NCBI GenBank assembly: GCA_951406725.2
Contig: OX597817.1
Coordinates: forward strand, 76,942,001-77,006,000
Direction of reading: 5' to 3'
Source of the DNA: Octopus vulgaris
Taxonomy: Eukaryota
DNA length: 64,000 bases
Shown: positions 1-12,558 of the stretch, piece by piece
How the letters are laid out: the number at the start of each line of letters is the position of its first letter
Numbering within the stretch: the stretch's first letter is position 1
The notes under the pieces: model-generated
What the model was told of the DNA's origin: nothing
The model's input: the letters and a program-made list of their open reading frames with translations, nothing else
Databases searched by the model: none
Translations under genes and position numbers: made by a program

Positions 1-525
1 TATATTTGTTTAGTTTTGTGGCGTGGCAAAATCCTAGGGAAAATAAAAGTTCAAACAAAACGAAACGAAATATTTTCCTTCGCCTAATTAAGACAATTAC
101 TGCGAAGAGAAAAAACAAGAAAAAGAAAACAAGAATAAAATGAATAAACAAGAGACAGCGGGGGAAAAAAACGAAAACAATTAAAAACGAAAAAAAAATA
201 AATGAATGACAATTAAAAACGACAGAAAAAAACAAAAGGCAAATTACACAGAAATAATACAGAAACACACAGCAACAAAAAAAAACAAATAAAATAAGAA
301 AAATAAATATATAGAAATCACAATGATAACGAATCTGAAAAGAACTTAACATGATTTATGTATATAGGGTCTCTTGCACCGGGTAACCTTGGCATGAATT
401 AAACATTGATGTTATGTCTAAGACAAAACCGCAGTTCACATAATTGACAATTCCGCTCGCTCTCTGATGAGATCAAGTACAGGTATTTATTTATTTATTT
501 ATTTATTTATTGGATATTTTAAAGG

Positions 526-596
<71 letters not shown>

Positions 597-997
597 CAAT
601 GCCTTTTGCTGTCGATGTTGCTATTGTTGTTCTTATAGCGTGAGTCACAGCAATGTCCCGATGACAAGTCTTTTAAAGAACCATCCAACGATTTGAATAT
701 ACCACTTGTTCTAGCCATGCTGAATTATTATTATTATTGTTATTGTTGTTGTTGTTGTTGTTGTTGTTGTTATTATGCTACATTTTTATGTCGATTACAT
801 TTCTCTAATAGTTCTTGTTATTTTCGTTGTATCTGTTGCTAACGTCCTTATATCATCATTATCGTCATCTTCGCTGCCATCGTCACCATCATCATTGTCG
901 TCATCGTCTGCATAAGCATCTTATGCCGTTGGTCGACTGGCAAAAAGAAAACCAAAGAAGCGAACATATTGCGTGCAATATGGTATTTAACTAAAGA

Positions 998-1040
<43 letters not shown>

Positions 1041-1128
1041 TCAATAAATGTGTGTGGGGTTGTGTTGACCGCACGTGGAGAAATGATAAGCAAAGAAAAA
1101 TTTTTCCTGTGCTTACAATTTTTCCTTG

Positions 1129-1181
<53 letters not shown>

Positions 1182-3082
1182 ATGTGTGTATGTGTATCTT
1201 TTATACTTATATGCACATATTTTATATATGCATATATATATGTGTGTGTGTGTGTACACACATACATACACCCCCCCCACGCACATATATATATCATGTT
1301 TTTACAGAAAATGTTGTAAAATCACGGGAAAGACTGCTGATCAAGCAGTTGACTAAAGCACCATTCATTGACTCACTCTATAGAGATAAAGCGAAAGAAA
1401 AGGCTATCGCTGAAATTTCGAACTGCTCGCAGAATTCTGGGCCACGGGATCCCTCTGGAATGTCGTCTGGATGAACTAAGTGTGAGGACGAACGAAGTGT
1501 ACCAGTAAGATCTGAACCAGTATGACTGGCTATCCTAGCCATGAGAGAACCAGTTTGACAAATTGGAGAATAGTAGTACTTAATACATCAAGAACTTCTA
1601 TGTTCAGATGGCTTTAAGTAATATAGTGCAACTGCTCATTAACCAGCGCCAAATCTTTTATTTTCATGATAGATGGCGTGACAAGTAGCGGACTGGAATC
1701 AGAAAGAACAAGAAGTAGAGTGTTGAGCGAAGAAAATATCGTTTTCGTTTCCTGATAGCGGTTATTTTTGTAGCTCATTCAGAAACCTACCTGACAGAAT
1801 TTGGAGTCAAGTGTTTCAGAGGCACAGAACTTCAGTTCACTGAAACTCACTACCAATATTCCGCAGTCAGTAATGGTTGAGGAGTTGTGTATTACACAAA
1901 TGTTGGACTGCTGTTATTTTTTTCTTTTCAATTTCGGGATCACAGCGCAGTGATCATCAAATGCATCTTGGAGCACTTCAGGTTTCCATCAACCGAAAAA
2001 CTATTTGGTGATGCAGAATTTTTACAATTGGTACCTAAACACGTTGCAAAAGCAACCCCCCTATAGGTTTGTTGATAATCACTTCAACATACTTCCTTGG
2101 TCATATTAGTTACCTGGCTTGAATTCCTCAGTGGATCTAAAGAGTGTAAATTTAAAAAGAAAATAAACCGAGCGAACTTATGTCTGGCAATCTGGTGAGC
2201 TGAAAACTTAGTGAGACCACTTGGGCTTCTATTTCAACCGACCCCAATGACAAACAAACGCAAAGATTCTGCATTTATATATTTTCTGAAGTAGCCACAC
2301 TTTAGAGAAAGAACAACGGTTGCTATCTGCAAAGCAATACTGACGGAGAACTTGACTATACAGTTAGTTCGCTGAAAATCTTTCTTAGAGAAACGTTTTT
2401 TACGCAACAAACTATAGATGTAGGCTACATTTAAAACACAGTCATTTTTGTGAGCTTTGTCATATCTCAGATCAAGTCCACCAAATGTGGCTGATGCTAT
2501 AACTGTAACAGGATTCGATGAGTGCACATCCAGTTCAAAAAGAACACCTCTCAATACTCGTCCGGTCGGTCAAAAATCACATTGACAATGCTGAAGTTAG
2601 GATACGGTAGTTATCAGAAAAAAACTTGGAAATTTTGAGATCAAAGAAGTCATCCTAATAAGATAAGAAAAACAAGATAAGTAAGCTAGTAACATTCCAC
2701 TGGCTAAACTAATCACGTCCATCGTTTACTCTACTATTCAATTCTGACGCTCTTTTTCTGTACATGAACATCGAAATATTTCTGATAAAAAAATATAACC
2801 CATGAAATACAAAATTCATCTACATTTTCTGTACATCAACAACATAGTATTTTTGATTTATGTCTGACACAGTAATGCTGTTAGATGGTCTCGCGTCTTC
2901 TCCACACTTTGATAAAATAAATCTTTTCATGTATCGTATCAAGATTTATTTTTTGTTTACAAAATAAAAAGTAAATCGTTGTTCTTGCCCGAAACTGCCT
3001 CTTCCTCCAACTGCATTCACATGCTGTTCTGTATCACCGTTTATACACAAACAAATAGTTGTGTGTGTGTGTAAAAGAGATA

Positions 3083-3316
3083 TATATTTCTTTACTACCC
3101 ACAAGGGACTAAACACAGAGAGAACAAACAAGGACAGACAAACGGATTAAGTCGATTACATCGACCCCAGTGCGAAACTGATACTTTATTTATCGACCCC
3201 GAAAGGGATGAAAAGCAAAGTCGACCTCGGGGGAATTTGAACTCAGAACGTAACGGCAGAAGAAATATCGCTAAGCATTTCGCCCGGCATGCTAACGATT
3301 CTGCCAGCTCGCCGCC
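3083..3316 (-). mobile_element. tRNA-head SINE type A (GGCGGCGAGCTGGCAG head)
   Basis: Near-identical to the copies at 4575-4817 and 17234-17463. B-box-like GAGTTCAAATTCC, AT-rich tail and approximate TSD AAGAGATATA. Confidence 0.85.
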
Positions 3317-3549
3317 CTATGTAAGAGATATAAAGAGAGACTTAACATCAGAGATGCAGGATGAGTGCACATACATAACCAAACGGTAAGCAATAAGTAA
3401 AGGAACACAACCCACACAGTAAAAAAGCAAGAATCACAGAGAGAAAGAAGGCTGAGTGGGTGTGTGAGTAAATTACAACGTAGTGAGGGGATGAGTTTAA
3501 ATTTTGCAGAGACAAGTTTTCAATAGAACAGACTGCGATTATCTCTTCT

Positions 3550-3911
3550 TTATCTTTTACTTGTTTCATTCATTAGACTGTCTTGAAGAACTTTTAGTAG
3601 AATGAATCGACCCCAGTACTTTTTATGCTTGGTACTTATTCTATCGTTCTTTTTTGACGAACTGCTTGGTTACGGCGACGTAAACTCACCAAACGGTGGT
3701 GGGAGACAAAAGATACACACACATGCAGAGATACATATCTGAGATATATATATATATAACATAAGGGACTAAATCTGAATATATATAAGGCAGATATATA
3801 GCCCCAGGCGATATATCGATCGCCTGGGGCTAAATTTTATATATCGATATATATGGCTTTATCCCTTATGTTATCGATATATGTCTATATCTCTTTTAGA
3901 TATGTATTATC

Positions 3912-3946
<35 letters not shown>

Positions 3947-4092
3947 GACAGACGTCTTTTAGCTTCTGTCTACCAAATACACTCAAAAGGCTTTAGCCAA
4001 CCCGGCGCTATAATAGAAGACATTTGTACAAGTCGCCATGCAGTGGAACTGAACCCGGATCCATGTGGTTGGGAGGCAAGATTCTTACGCCA
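3550..4092 (-). mobile_element. Bipartite SINE type B with internal microsatellite (here occupied by a foldback)
   Basis: Homologous to 8288-8681, 42900-43292 and other copies. Confidence 0.75.
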
Positions 4093-4386
4093 TAAAAATT
4101 TAGAAAACTAGTAACGTATTTTTTGCTGATATACAAATTGAAAAAGTCTTCACTTTGATTTGATTTTAAGGTAATAAGTAATTTTTCTTTAAAAATTAGT
4201 TTTCATTTCAGCATTTTGTATAAGCACTGAAACGTAATGTTAATGCATAATTACCGTTGGGGCCCCAGCATAACCGCAGCTCTCAACCGAATCTAGTAAA
4301 AGGTTAAAGGTATTATTATACGTATGCTATATCCCCTGATATTACACATGGTTGCAAAAATATACTTCCAAACAAGTAACTCAGGT

Positions 4387-5575
4387 ATGTATGTATGATA
4401 TGACTCCATTTTATTTCAAGATTTCTAGCTTTATAGAGAAAGATCCGGTTTCTAACCTAGATCCAAGGCTCCTTCATTGGAACCGCAACATCATCAACAG
4501 AGTATTTTTGTATGTATGTATATATAGGTGCAGATTTGTATATTTTGTTTTATGTATGTATTCTAATACATATATATTTCTTTATATATTTCTTTACTAC
4601 CCATAAGGGGCTAAACACAGAGGGGACAAACGAGGACAGACAAACGGATTAAGTCGATTATATCGACCCCAGTGCGTAACTGGTACTTAATTTATCGACC
4701 CCGAAAGGATGAAAGGCAAAGTCGACCGCGGCGGAATTTGAACTCAGAACGTAACGGCAGACGAAATACAGCTACGCATTTCGCCCGGCGTGCTAACGTT
4801 TCTGCCAGCTCGCCGCCTTTTAATACATATAGTTGCATATCTAGACATGCTCATGTATATTTAAATGATAAACTTCTGGAAAATCTTACAGATTTTTACA
4901 GTTCCAGTGATGGATTGTATTTGCAGTCTTCGATTCAGCTCTCTCTTTTCGGATTATGAGAAGCCTGATTTCTCAAGATTGGTATTTAAGCATTGTGTTA
5001 CACTTCTTAGGGCCTCAATAATTACAGGTATAAACATGAACTAATCAGGATAAAGCAATTGCAGATTTTTCAATAGTTCGGCGTAGGTATTCGCTTTTTT
5101 ACTGCTATTCAGCTTTATGTTAACATCCGCTGGACAACTAATTTCTACACCTGTACACAGTTTCTCTTCTCTATCCCAAATCATTATATCAGGTCTGTTG
5201 TGCTTACATTTCATTCAAGTTTTCACTGAGAGATTCCACCAGTACTCCTTTTTATTATGAGTGGCTATGGCTTCTACCATACTGTATGTTCTTACTTCTT
5301 TGTCCTCGGTGTTATCCTTTCGACGGATTTCATTATATAGTATCCTAGCTAAAACATCATATCTGATAGTAGATAATAAAATGATGTCATTTTTGGACAA
5401 TAGCTTATGATATGGGTGACATATTTGGTGTTAACTCCACAAAGTCTGCATCGGTTGTCACCTTTTACTGCTTTTCCTGCATTTCCATCCCTTTAGTGCA
5501 TCATGCATTTGGTTGATATTTCCTGTTCCTAGATTACTAATGCATATTCTTCACAGTGGGTGGTAGCAATCCGGG
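4387..5575 (-). pseudogene. 5'-truncated RLE-type non-LTR retrotransposon (R4/Dong-like), C-terminal part plus 3' UTR
   Basis: Minus-strand translation with stops and shifts: EQEISTK...CRLCGVNTKYVTHIISYC (CCHC), RYD (RHD-like), HNRPDIMIWD...VEISCP...K..TY (PD-(D/E)xK endonuclease). Stop at 4861-4863; AATAAA then (CATA)n at the 3' end. Confidence 0.85.
4575..4817 (-). mobile_element. SINE type A inserted in the RLE LINE 3' UTR
   Basis: 11-bp TSD TAATACATATA at 4564-4574 and 4821-4831. Confidence 0.9.
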
Positions 5576-7414
5576 GATTTGCCATAATAGACTGCTTTGA
5601 TGATCAATGTTACTATCATCTCGGAGCTTTCTACTATGTATGTATTGTGCATGCATGCACCTACGTATTTATATATCTATGCAAGCATGAATATATATAT
5701 GTGTGTGTGTGTGTGCATATGTATGTATATATGTATATACACTATATGTGTGTATATGTTTGTGTGTTTCTGTATGCCTGTGTGTGTGTAGGTATGTATT
5801 AATTTCTTTTGTATTATTCTCATGTCATTTTCGTCCTATTTCTTTTTACATTGCATGTAATATTTCATACTTTTTTCTCTGTTGGACCCGAATTAATTAT
5901 TTATCAATCGATGGCAAAGAATTGGGCAAATTTTCGGATCCATTAAAAGTATAGTAATTCGTATTATATTTAAGGGATTTACTGCCAGCCATCATGAGTA
6001 GAAATCTTCAACGAAAACCCTTTTATAAAGTATGCAAGAGCGTTTCTTTAACTCCATCATTTTCGCTGCATTTTTCAATATCAGTTCTGCGCATAGATAA
6101 ATATGCTAATGCTGTTCATGAACTTCTATCAAAGTTAACTTCTTAAAAACTATGTATGATCAAGAGGTGTGCAAGAAAATGATGTCTTCGTATACGAAAC
6201 TGGAGGCATTCTGTAACATTTAAATATTTTTAACCGGATGCACCATGCAAATTAGTGAGGATTCACTGAGTAAAAATGAAAGTAGTAGTATGTGTTATGC
6301 GGTAGAATTCTACTTTGTAATCAGGTGGCATTTTTTTTTACCAACAACCAAACATGGTTCGCGGCGAACAACATCCTATCAAGAAATATACAGTGCTTAT
6401 TGTTTTCTTTTCTTCTTATATGTGTGCATGCGCGTATGTGTATGCGTGCGCGTATGCGTGTATGTGTGTGTGTATGTATTTGTGTTTGTATAAATCTATC
6501 TATGTATCTATATATGTATGTATGTAAATATATATATATATGTATATATATATAAATATATATGTATATATATATGTATCTGTATATATGTATCTGTATA
6601 TATGAGGCAGGATGTGTGTGTGTGTGCGTGATTGTAATTTATGCACGTCCACAAATTAGCACGCATGTCGCTCCAATCTTTAGGAAGACATTCGTCATGA
6701 TCCTAGCTGTATTTTCGTCAACTTATTTTCCCCAGAGGCATCAGCGAATGGCCGTAAAAATAAATTTTTAACAATTTTCAAGTCGGAGAAATCACCATTG
6801 ATTGCAAACAGGAGTTAAGTCCCCTTCTAGCGACGAGTAAGGTTTTGTTAAGACTTTTGTTGTTTTTTTCTTTTCCATCGAGGAAAAAGTGTTTTTGCTG
6901 ATATACGGGCAACACACACACACACGAACATGTATGCGTACAAAAACATGTATATATATATACACACATACATATATATATACATATATATACATACATA
7001 TATATACACACACACACGTATATATATATATACACACATATAATCCAAGAAAGTTAGAGGCTGTTAATCCAACCAACTAAGGGATAGTATCTATCCAATA
7101 TACTGCTGGTAGAACTATCCAATTATTAATACACGAGTGTTTTTTATTGCATCGCAATTACATTACCGAGTGCACTAAATAGGTGAAGGTAAAGAGATAT
7201 TTTACCATTAATTTATAGCGCAATAAGAAAATGGAGGGGATCAATAGGTGGTTCATAAACTTTTAGACATTATATTATGTCAATTTATTTATTTATTTAC
7301 TAAAATGACAATTACAAGAATATCCATACATGTATAACGTATTCTGCTTTATATATAAAATATATAAATATACCAGTAATTATTAAAATATAACATACAG
7401 GAATATAAATTAGG

Positions 7415-7533
7415 AAAATATCTTACAGCTGTTTCAGCCAAGAGGCAAAAATACCTCATGCTACCTTTATTCCTCCAGTAGACTGAAGAAATTGAGGTAC
7501 TTGTGTGTTTCTCTAGGCTTTGTCAGAGATTTT
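7415..7533 (-). ncRNA. Minimal (Penelope-type) hammerhead with long stem II, core decayed
   Basis: Minus strand reads AAAATCT-CTGACAA-AGCCTAGAG...CTCTTGGCT-GAAAC-AGCT-GTA-AGATATTTT. Helix III is the palindrome ACAGCTGT. CTGACGA>CTGACAA is a CpG-type change. Confidence 0.75.
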
Positions 7534-7543
7534 AGAAATTATT

Positions 7544-7599
<56 letters not shown>

Positions 7600-7754
7600 C
7601 ATACATACATATATATACATACATATACATACATATATATATACATACATATACATACATATATATATATATACATACATACATATATATATATATATAC
7701 ATGTATATACATACATACATATATGTGTGTGTGTGTGTGTGTGTGTGAGTGCGT

Positions 7755-7820
<66 letters not shown>

Positions 7821-8287
7821 ATATAATGGTTCAGGCTGAAGTTGATGTTCTGCCTCCTTTTTTTCAGTAACAGCTTGACGTATTGGTAAACAGTCAACGG
7901 CCTTGGGAAGTATAAAGTTCAATCCTGTAGTCGAGAGAATGTTAGCCGACATAGAGGAATGAAAATCATCTGAATAAAGGAAAATAATTACCTGTATCAA
8001 AATGAATGATTGACACCTGGTATCAATATGTCTGACATCATCGCTGCTGTTCAATATCCTTTGTACATGGACATCATGAAAACTATGTTACCCCAAACTG
8101 AAATGGTCTTTTGGTGTGTCACCAGTGAGAGTAACCCGATGCCATTCACATCTTGAACGGGACTTTAGGCTCAATTTGGATTGCTATGTGAAGCTGTGGA
8201 GACTGCGATCAAACCTTAGCTGACGAGAGTTGTTGCTTGAAGGCCATATATGTGTCAGCCATATATGTGTCAGCCATAAACTACTTT

Positions 8288-8681
8288 TTTTACTTGTTTC
8301 AGTCATTTGACTGCGGCCAAGCTGGAGCACCGCCTTTAGTCGAGCAAATCGATCCCAGGACTTATTCTTTGTAAGCCTAGTACTTATTCTATCGGTATCT
8401 TTGGTCGAACCGCTAAGTTACGGGGACGTAAGCACACCACGATCGATTGTCAAGCGATGCTGGGGAACAAACACAGACACACAAGCACATACATACACAT
8501 ACATATATATACATATATACGACGGGCTTCTTTCAGTTTCCGTCTACCAAATCCACTCACAAGGCTTTGGTGCGGCCCGAGGCTATAGTAGAAGACACTT
8601 GCCCAAGGTGCCACACAGTGAGACTGAACTCGGAACCATGTGGTTGGTAAGCAAGCTACTTACCACACAACCACTCCTACC
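8288..8681 (-). mobile_element. SINE type B, full length
   Basis: tRNA-like head, CORE-like GGCACCTTGGGCAAGTG, internal TA/CA repeat, tail GGCGGTGCTCCAGC..GGCCGCAGTCAAATGACTGAAAC. Confidence 0.88.
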
Positions 8682-9262
8682 AGTTGATAACGTCTGATGT
8701 TTAGAATGAAATACTTATATTTTTGGATGGAAGATATTTTGTATGCAATATTGCGTTTTCTTTTACTTTTATGTAAACTTTCAAATTTATCTCTGACACC
8801 ATAATATAAAATAATGTAATATAACAAAATACAATATGTTGTAATGTAATATAGTGTGATGCAATATGATGTAATATAATATAATATGATATAACATAAT
8901 GTGACTATGGGTAAATTTCTGAATCATATACTCATCCGCAAGAGTCGATGTAAGCAACTCGAAGTTAATAGGATCTGAGAATTAGTTAAACAGGTTTGGT
9001 GTGTATTACAAATTATGTAACAAACGTTGTTTAGCTATGAAACATATACGGTCTTTATTTACCTTTATATATTTACCTTTATTATATGGTCTTTATTTAT
9101 CTTTATTTACCGATTTCTTATTTGCTTGGCTATATATATATATGTAGTGTGTATGGGACTGTATATTTGTGTGTGTGTGTTCCTCAGTTACCATTTTCTA
9201 TCATACGTAGGTGGGTTAGTAACTGGTAATGTACCATAAATACACACACATATATATGCAAT

Positions 9263-9296
<34 letters not shown>

Positions 9297-9299
<3 letters not shown>

Positions 9300-9631
9300 G
9301 GTAAAGACCCCCTTCGGTCATGAGTGACCATGGGATTGCACCTAGAAAGTTACCCTCCTAGACACAAGTCCGGGCAAGGTTGTTTATGGAAGACCAGCAG
9401 TCGCTCATGCATACCAGCCTCCCTTCTCCACGCCACCAGTGTTATCCAAGGGAAAGACAAAGGTCGATACAGCTTGGCACCAGTGACATCGCAACTCATT
9501 TCTACAGCTGAGTGAACTGGAGCAACGTGAAATAAAGTGCCTTGCTCAAGAACACAACACGCAGCCCGGTCCGGGATTTGAGCTCACAACCTCACGATCG
9601 TAAGCACGACGCTCTAACCACTGAGCCATGC
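9297..9631 (-). mobile_element. tRNA-head CORE-type SINE (type C)
   Basis: A box TGGCTCAGTGG, B-box-like GAGCTCAAATCC, CORE-like TTCTTGAGCAAGGCACTTTATTTCACGTTGCTCCAG. Confidence 0.85.
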
Positions 9632-9789
9632 ATATATATACATATATATGTATATATATATATATAATTTATATATAGAGGGCATTATACATACATGCCA
9701 GAGGGCATTATACATACATGCCACACGCTAAGAGGGACAATTAGTCATTCGGCTTAAGCGAGGCGGGGTCGTTTATTTATGATACGTCC

Positions 9790-9837
9790 AGGCTTGCTGA
9801 TGAATACAGAGGTATGAAATCACAGTGATACAAGTCT
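9790..9837 (+). ncRNA. Type I hammerhead ribozyme (intact core)
   Basis: AGGCTTG-CTGATGA-ATAC(AGAG)GTAT-GAAA-TCA(CAG)TGA-TA-CAAGTCT: 7-bp stem I, 4-bp stem II, closed stem III and an AUA cleavage triplet ending at 9830. Confidence 0.9.
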
Positions 9838-10265
9838 ATATTTTTAAATGTCTTACTTTGAAAAATTGCATTCGGTGGGATTAGTAAAATTTTTGGTAGA
9901 AATGACTAATTGTCCCTCTTAGCGTGTGGCATGTATGTATAATGCCCTCTGGCATGTATGTATAATGCCCTCTATATATAAATTAATATGTTCAATAAGA
10001 AATAATTATTTTCGAAATTTTTTCTCTTATGAGGTCTTTCACGCTATCTACCTGACAATTTCTTGTTAAGTTTTCCTTATTAAGTAGTTGTCCTTAATTG
10101 CTAAATTTTTATTCCGAAAAAACTTTTCCTTTCCCGAAATGCAATTCGTAAAAGTCTGCCATTTACCGGATGTAATATATGTAAACTCACCCATGTGCTT
10201 CGTTGATGTTGACCAGTTAGCTGCTCGGCTTAAGCGAGGCGGGGTCGTTTATTTATGATACGTCC

Positions 10266-10313
10266 AGGCTTGCTGATGAACACAGAGGTATGAAATCACA
10301 GTGATACAAGTCT
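10266..10313 (+). ncRNA. Type I hammerhead ribozyme, second copy
   Basis: Identical to 9790-9837 except that stem II reads ACAC/GTAT (one C-A mismatch at 10281). Predicted cleavage after 10306. Confidence 0.85.
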
Positions 10314-10576
10314 ATATTTTTAAATGTCTTACTTTGAAAAATTGCATTCGGTGGGATTAGTAAAATTTTTGGTAGAAATGACTAATTGTCCCTCTTAGCG
10401 TGTGGCATGTATGTATAATGCCCTCTGGCATGTATGTATAATGCCCTCTATATATAAATTAATATGTTCAATAAGAAATAATTATTTTCGAAATTTTTCT
10501 CTTATGAGGTCTTTCACGCTATCTACCTGACAATTTCTTGTTAAGTTTTCCTTATTAAGTAGTTGTCCTTAATTGC

Positions 10577-10631
<55 letters not shown>

Positions 10632-10698
10632 TGTCATCAAAAAAGGGGTAGAATTAATTAATTGTTAATAAATTCGACCAAGCTTTAAATTAATACTT

Positions 10699-10737
<39 letters not shown>

Positions 10738-10740
<3 letters not shown>

Positions 10741-11110
10741 CATTGTAAGCTACACCAATGCTAGAACGGGACGACACTGCATAGTGCCAAAGATCCCAGC
10801 AATGCCATCACGCTTCAAGGCCAGCTACTGCAACAGACTGGGATTCAAGGGCCCACAGCTTTTTAATATTCTCCCAAAGAGTCTGGAGAACTTGCACAAA
10901 GTAGATGTAGCGGTTTTTAAATAAAAGCTGGACCGCTTCCTGTCGAGAGTCCCAGATGAACGTACCTCACGGCATGAGGTGCAAATGAGGGTAGCTACAT
11001 CAAACTCCATTCTTCACCAAGTGCCACATATTAGAGGAGGCTCTTAGTAATAACAGTGTTGCACAAAACGGCGGTGCCTCAGCATGGCCGCAGCTCTGAG
11101 CTGAAACTAA
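10738..11110 (+). pseudogene. 3' end of CR1/L2-group LINE ORF2 plus 3' UTR
   Basis: Frame reads GRHCIVP...GPQLFNILPKSL...FK*KLDRFLSRVPDE...SNSILHQ*, a typical CR1-group C-terminus. The short 3' UTR ends in a hairpin and the fragment is flanked by (TA)n. Confidence 0.85.
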
Positions 11111-11393
11111 ATATATATATATAAATGAATAGAAAATGAAAATATATATTAGCAATTCAAAAATTAGAATTGAAAATTTATTAACATAATAGTATATTAT
11201 ATTATATTCTTATAACATAATATAATATAATGAGTAATAAATATTAAATATAAATCACATAGAAATGTTTCAATTCTTGGCCATAATAAAATTAAAAACT
11301 CATTGTTTTTGGGGCCAAGAATCTCCTCAGTGTAACTTTTTATGTATATTCGGAATCACATATTCAATAAGACTGATTTTAAATCTCTCTCTT

Positions 11394-11429
<36 letters not shown>

Positions 11430-11488
11430 ACTCTCTGTATATATATATATGTACATATATATATCTATATATGTATACACACACACAC

Positions 11489-11537
<49 letters not shown>

Positions 11538-12117
11538 TATATATATATATATATATACGTCTGTTGTGTGTGTATGCATATAAAAATATATATATATATA
11601 TATATATACATATGTATATATGTATATATACATGTGTACCTATTAATTTGGCCCGGTGCTTATTTCATCGGTTTCTTTGGATTCTGTTCTATCATATGCA
11701 TACAGAAATGCTGATTGATAGATACTCATATATGGCTAAAAACATATATTTGTTTGTCATAAAAGTCTACTGTGAGTGTATGTAGATTGATATGTTAATA
11801 AATAGATAAATTGAGTCATAACTAGAAAGACACAAGCGGCGTGCGCGTACCCACATTCTCACATGTATATATACATATACATACACATTTATATATATAG
11901 GTATAAATATAAATATATACGTATGTATTTATATGTATATATATATATATATGCATATATCAATATAAATATATCTTTGTATACATATATATATATATTT
12001 ATATACACATAAATATAAATGTGGATATACATATGTGTATATATATATAAATATATATTTATATATATAAATACAAATATATTCATGTAAGTATATATAT
12101 ATATATATATATAATAC

Positions 12118-12172
<55 letters not shown>

Positions 12173-12397
12173 CATATATATATATATATATATACATATC
12201 ATATACATATATATATATATACATATATATATATAATACATATATATATGTATATATATATATATACATATATATATATTATACATACATTTATTTAGAA
12301 AGAGAGCGAGAGTATGCGTGTGAAAGAGAGAGAGTGAGAGAGAGAAAGAGATAGATAAATAGATGGATAGATAGACAGACAGATAGATAGATAGATT

Positions 12398-12475
<78 letters not shown>

Positions 12476-12484
12476 TAGATAGAC

Positions 12485-12558
<74 letters not shown>

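Larger units (their letters stand above)
9665..10578 (+). mobile_element. Retrozyme / non-autonomous Penelope-like element: inverted 85-bp 5' segment plus two ~355-bp direct repeats, each with a type I hammerhead
   Basis: Direct repeats at 9749-10103 and 10225-10578 differ by one substitution and one T indel (period 476). 9665-9749 is the exact reverse complement of 9901-9985. (TA)n lies on both sides and there is no ORF. Confidence 0.85.

Noticed and set aside
4440-4485. CCAATGA...GAAACCGG in the RLE LINE 3' UTR
   Set aside because: Better explained as an ordinary 3' UTR stem-loop; the core and cleavage triplet do not fit.
9749-10578. CRISPR array or LTR/TRIM interpretation of the direct repeats
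   Set aside because: There is no repeat-spacer periodicity and no TG...CA ends, PBS or polypurine tract. The hammerheads and 5' inversion fit Penelope/retrozyme architecture instead.
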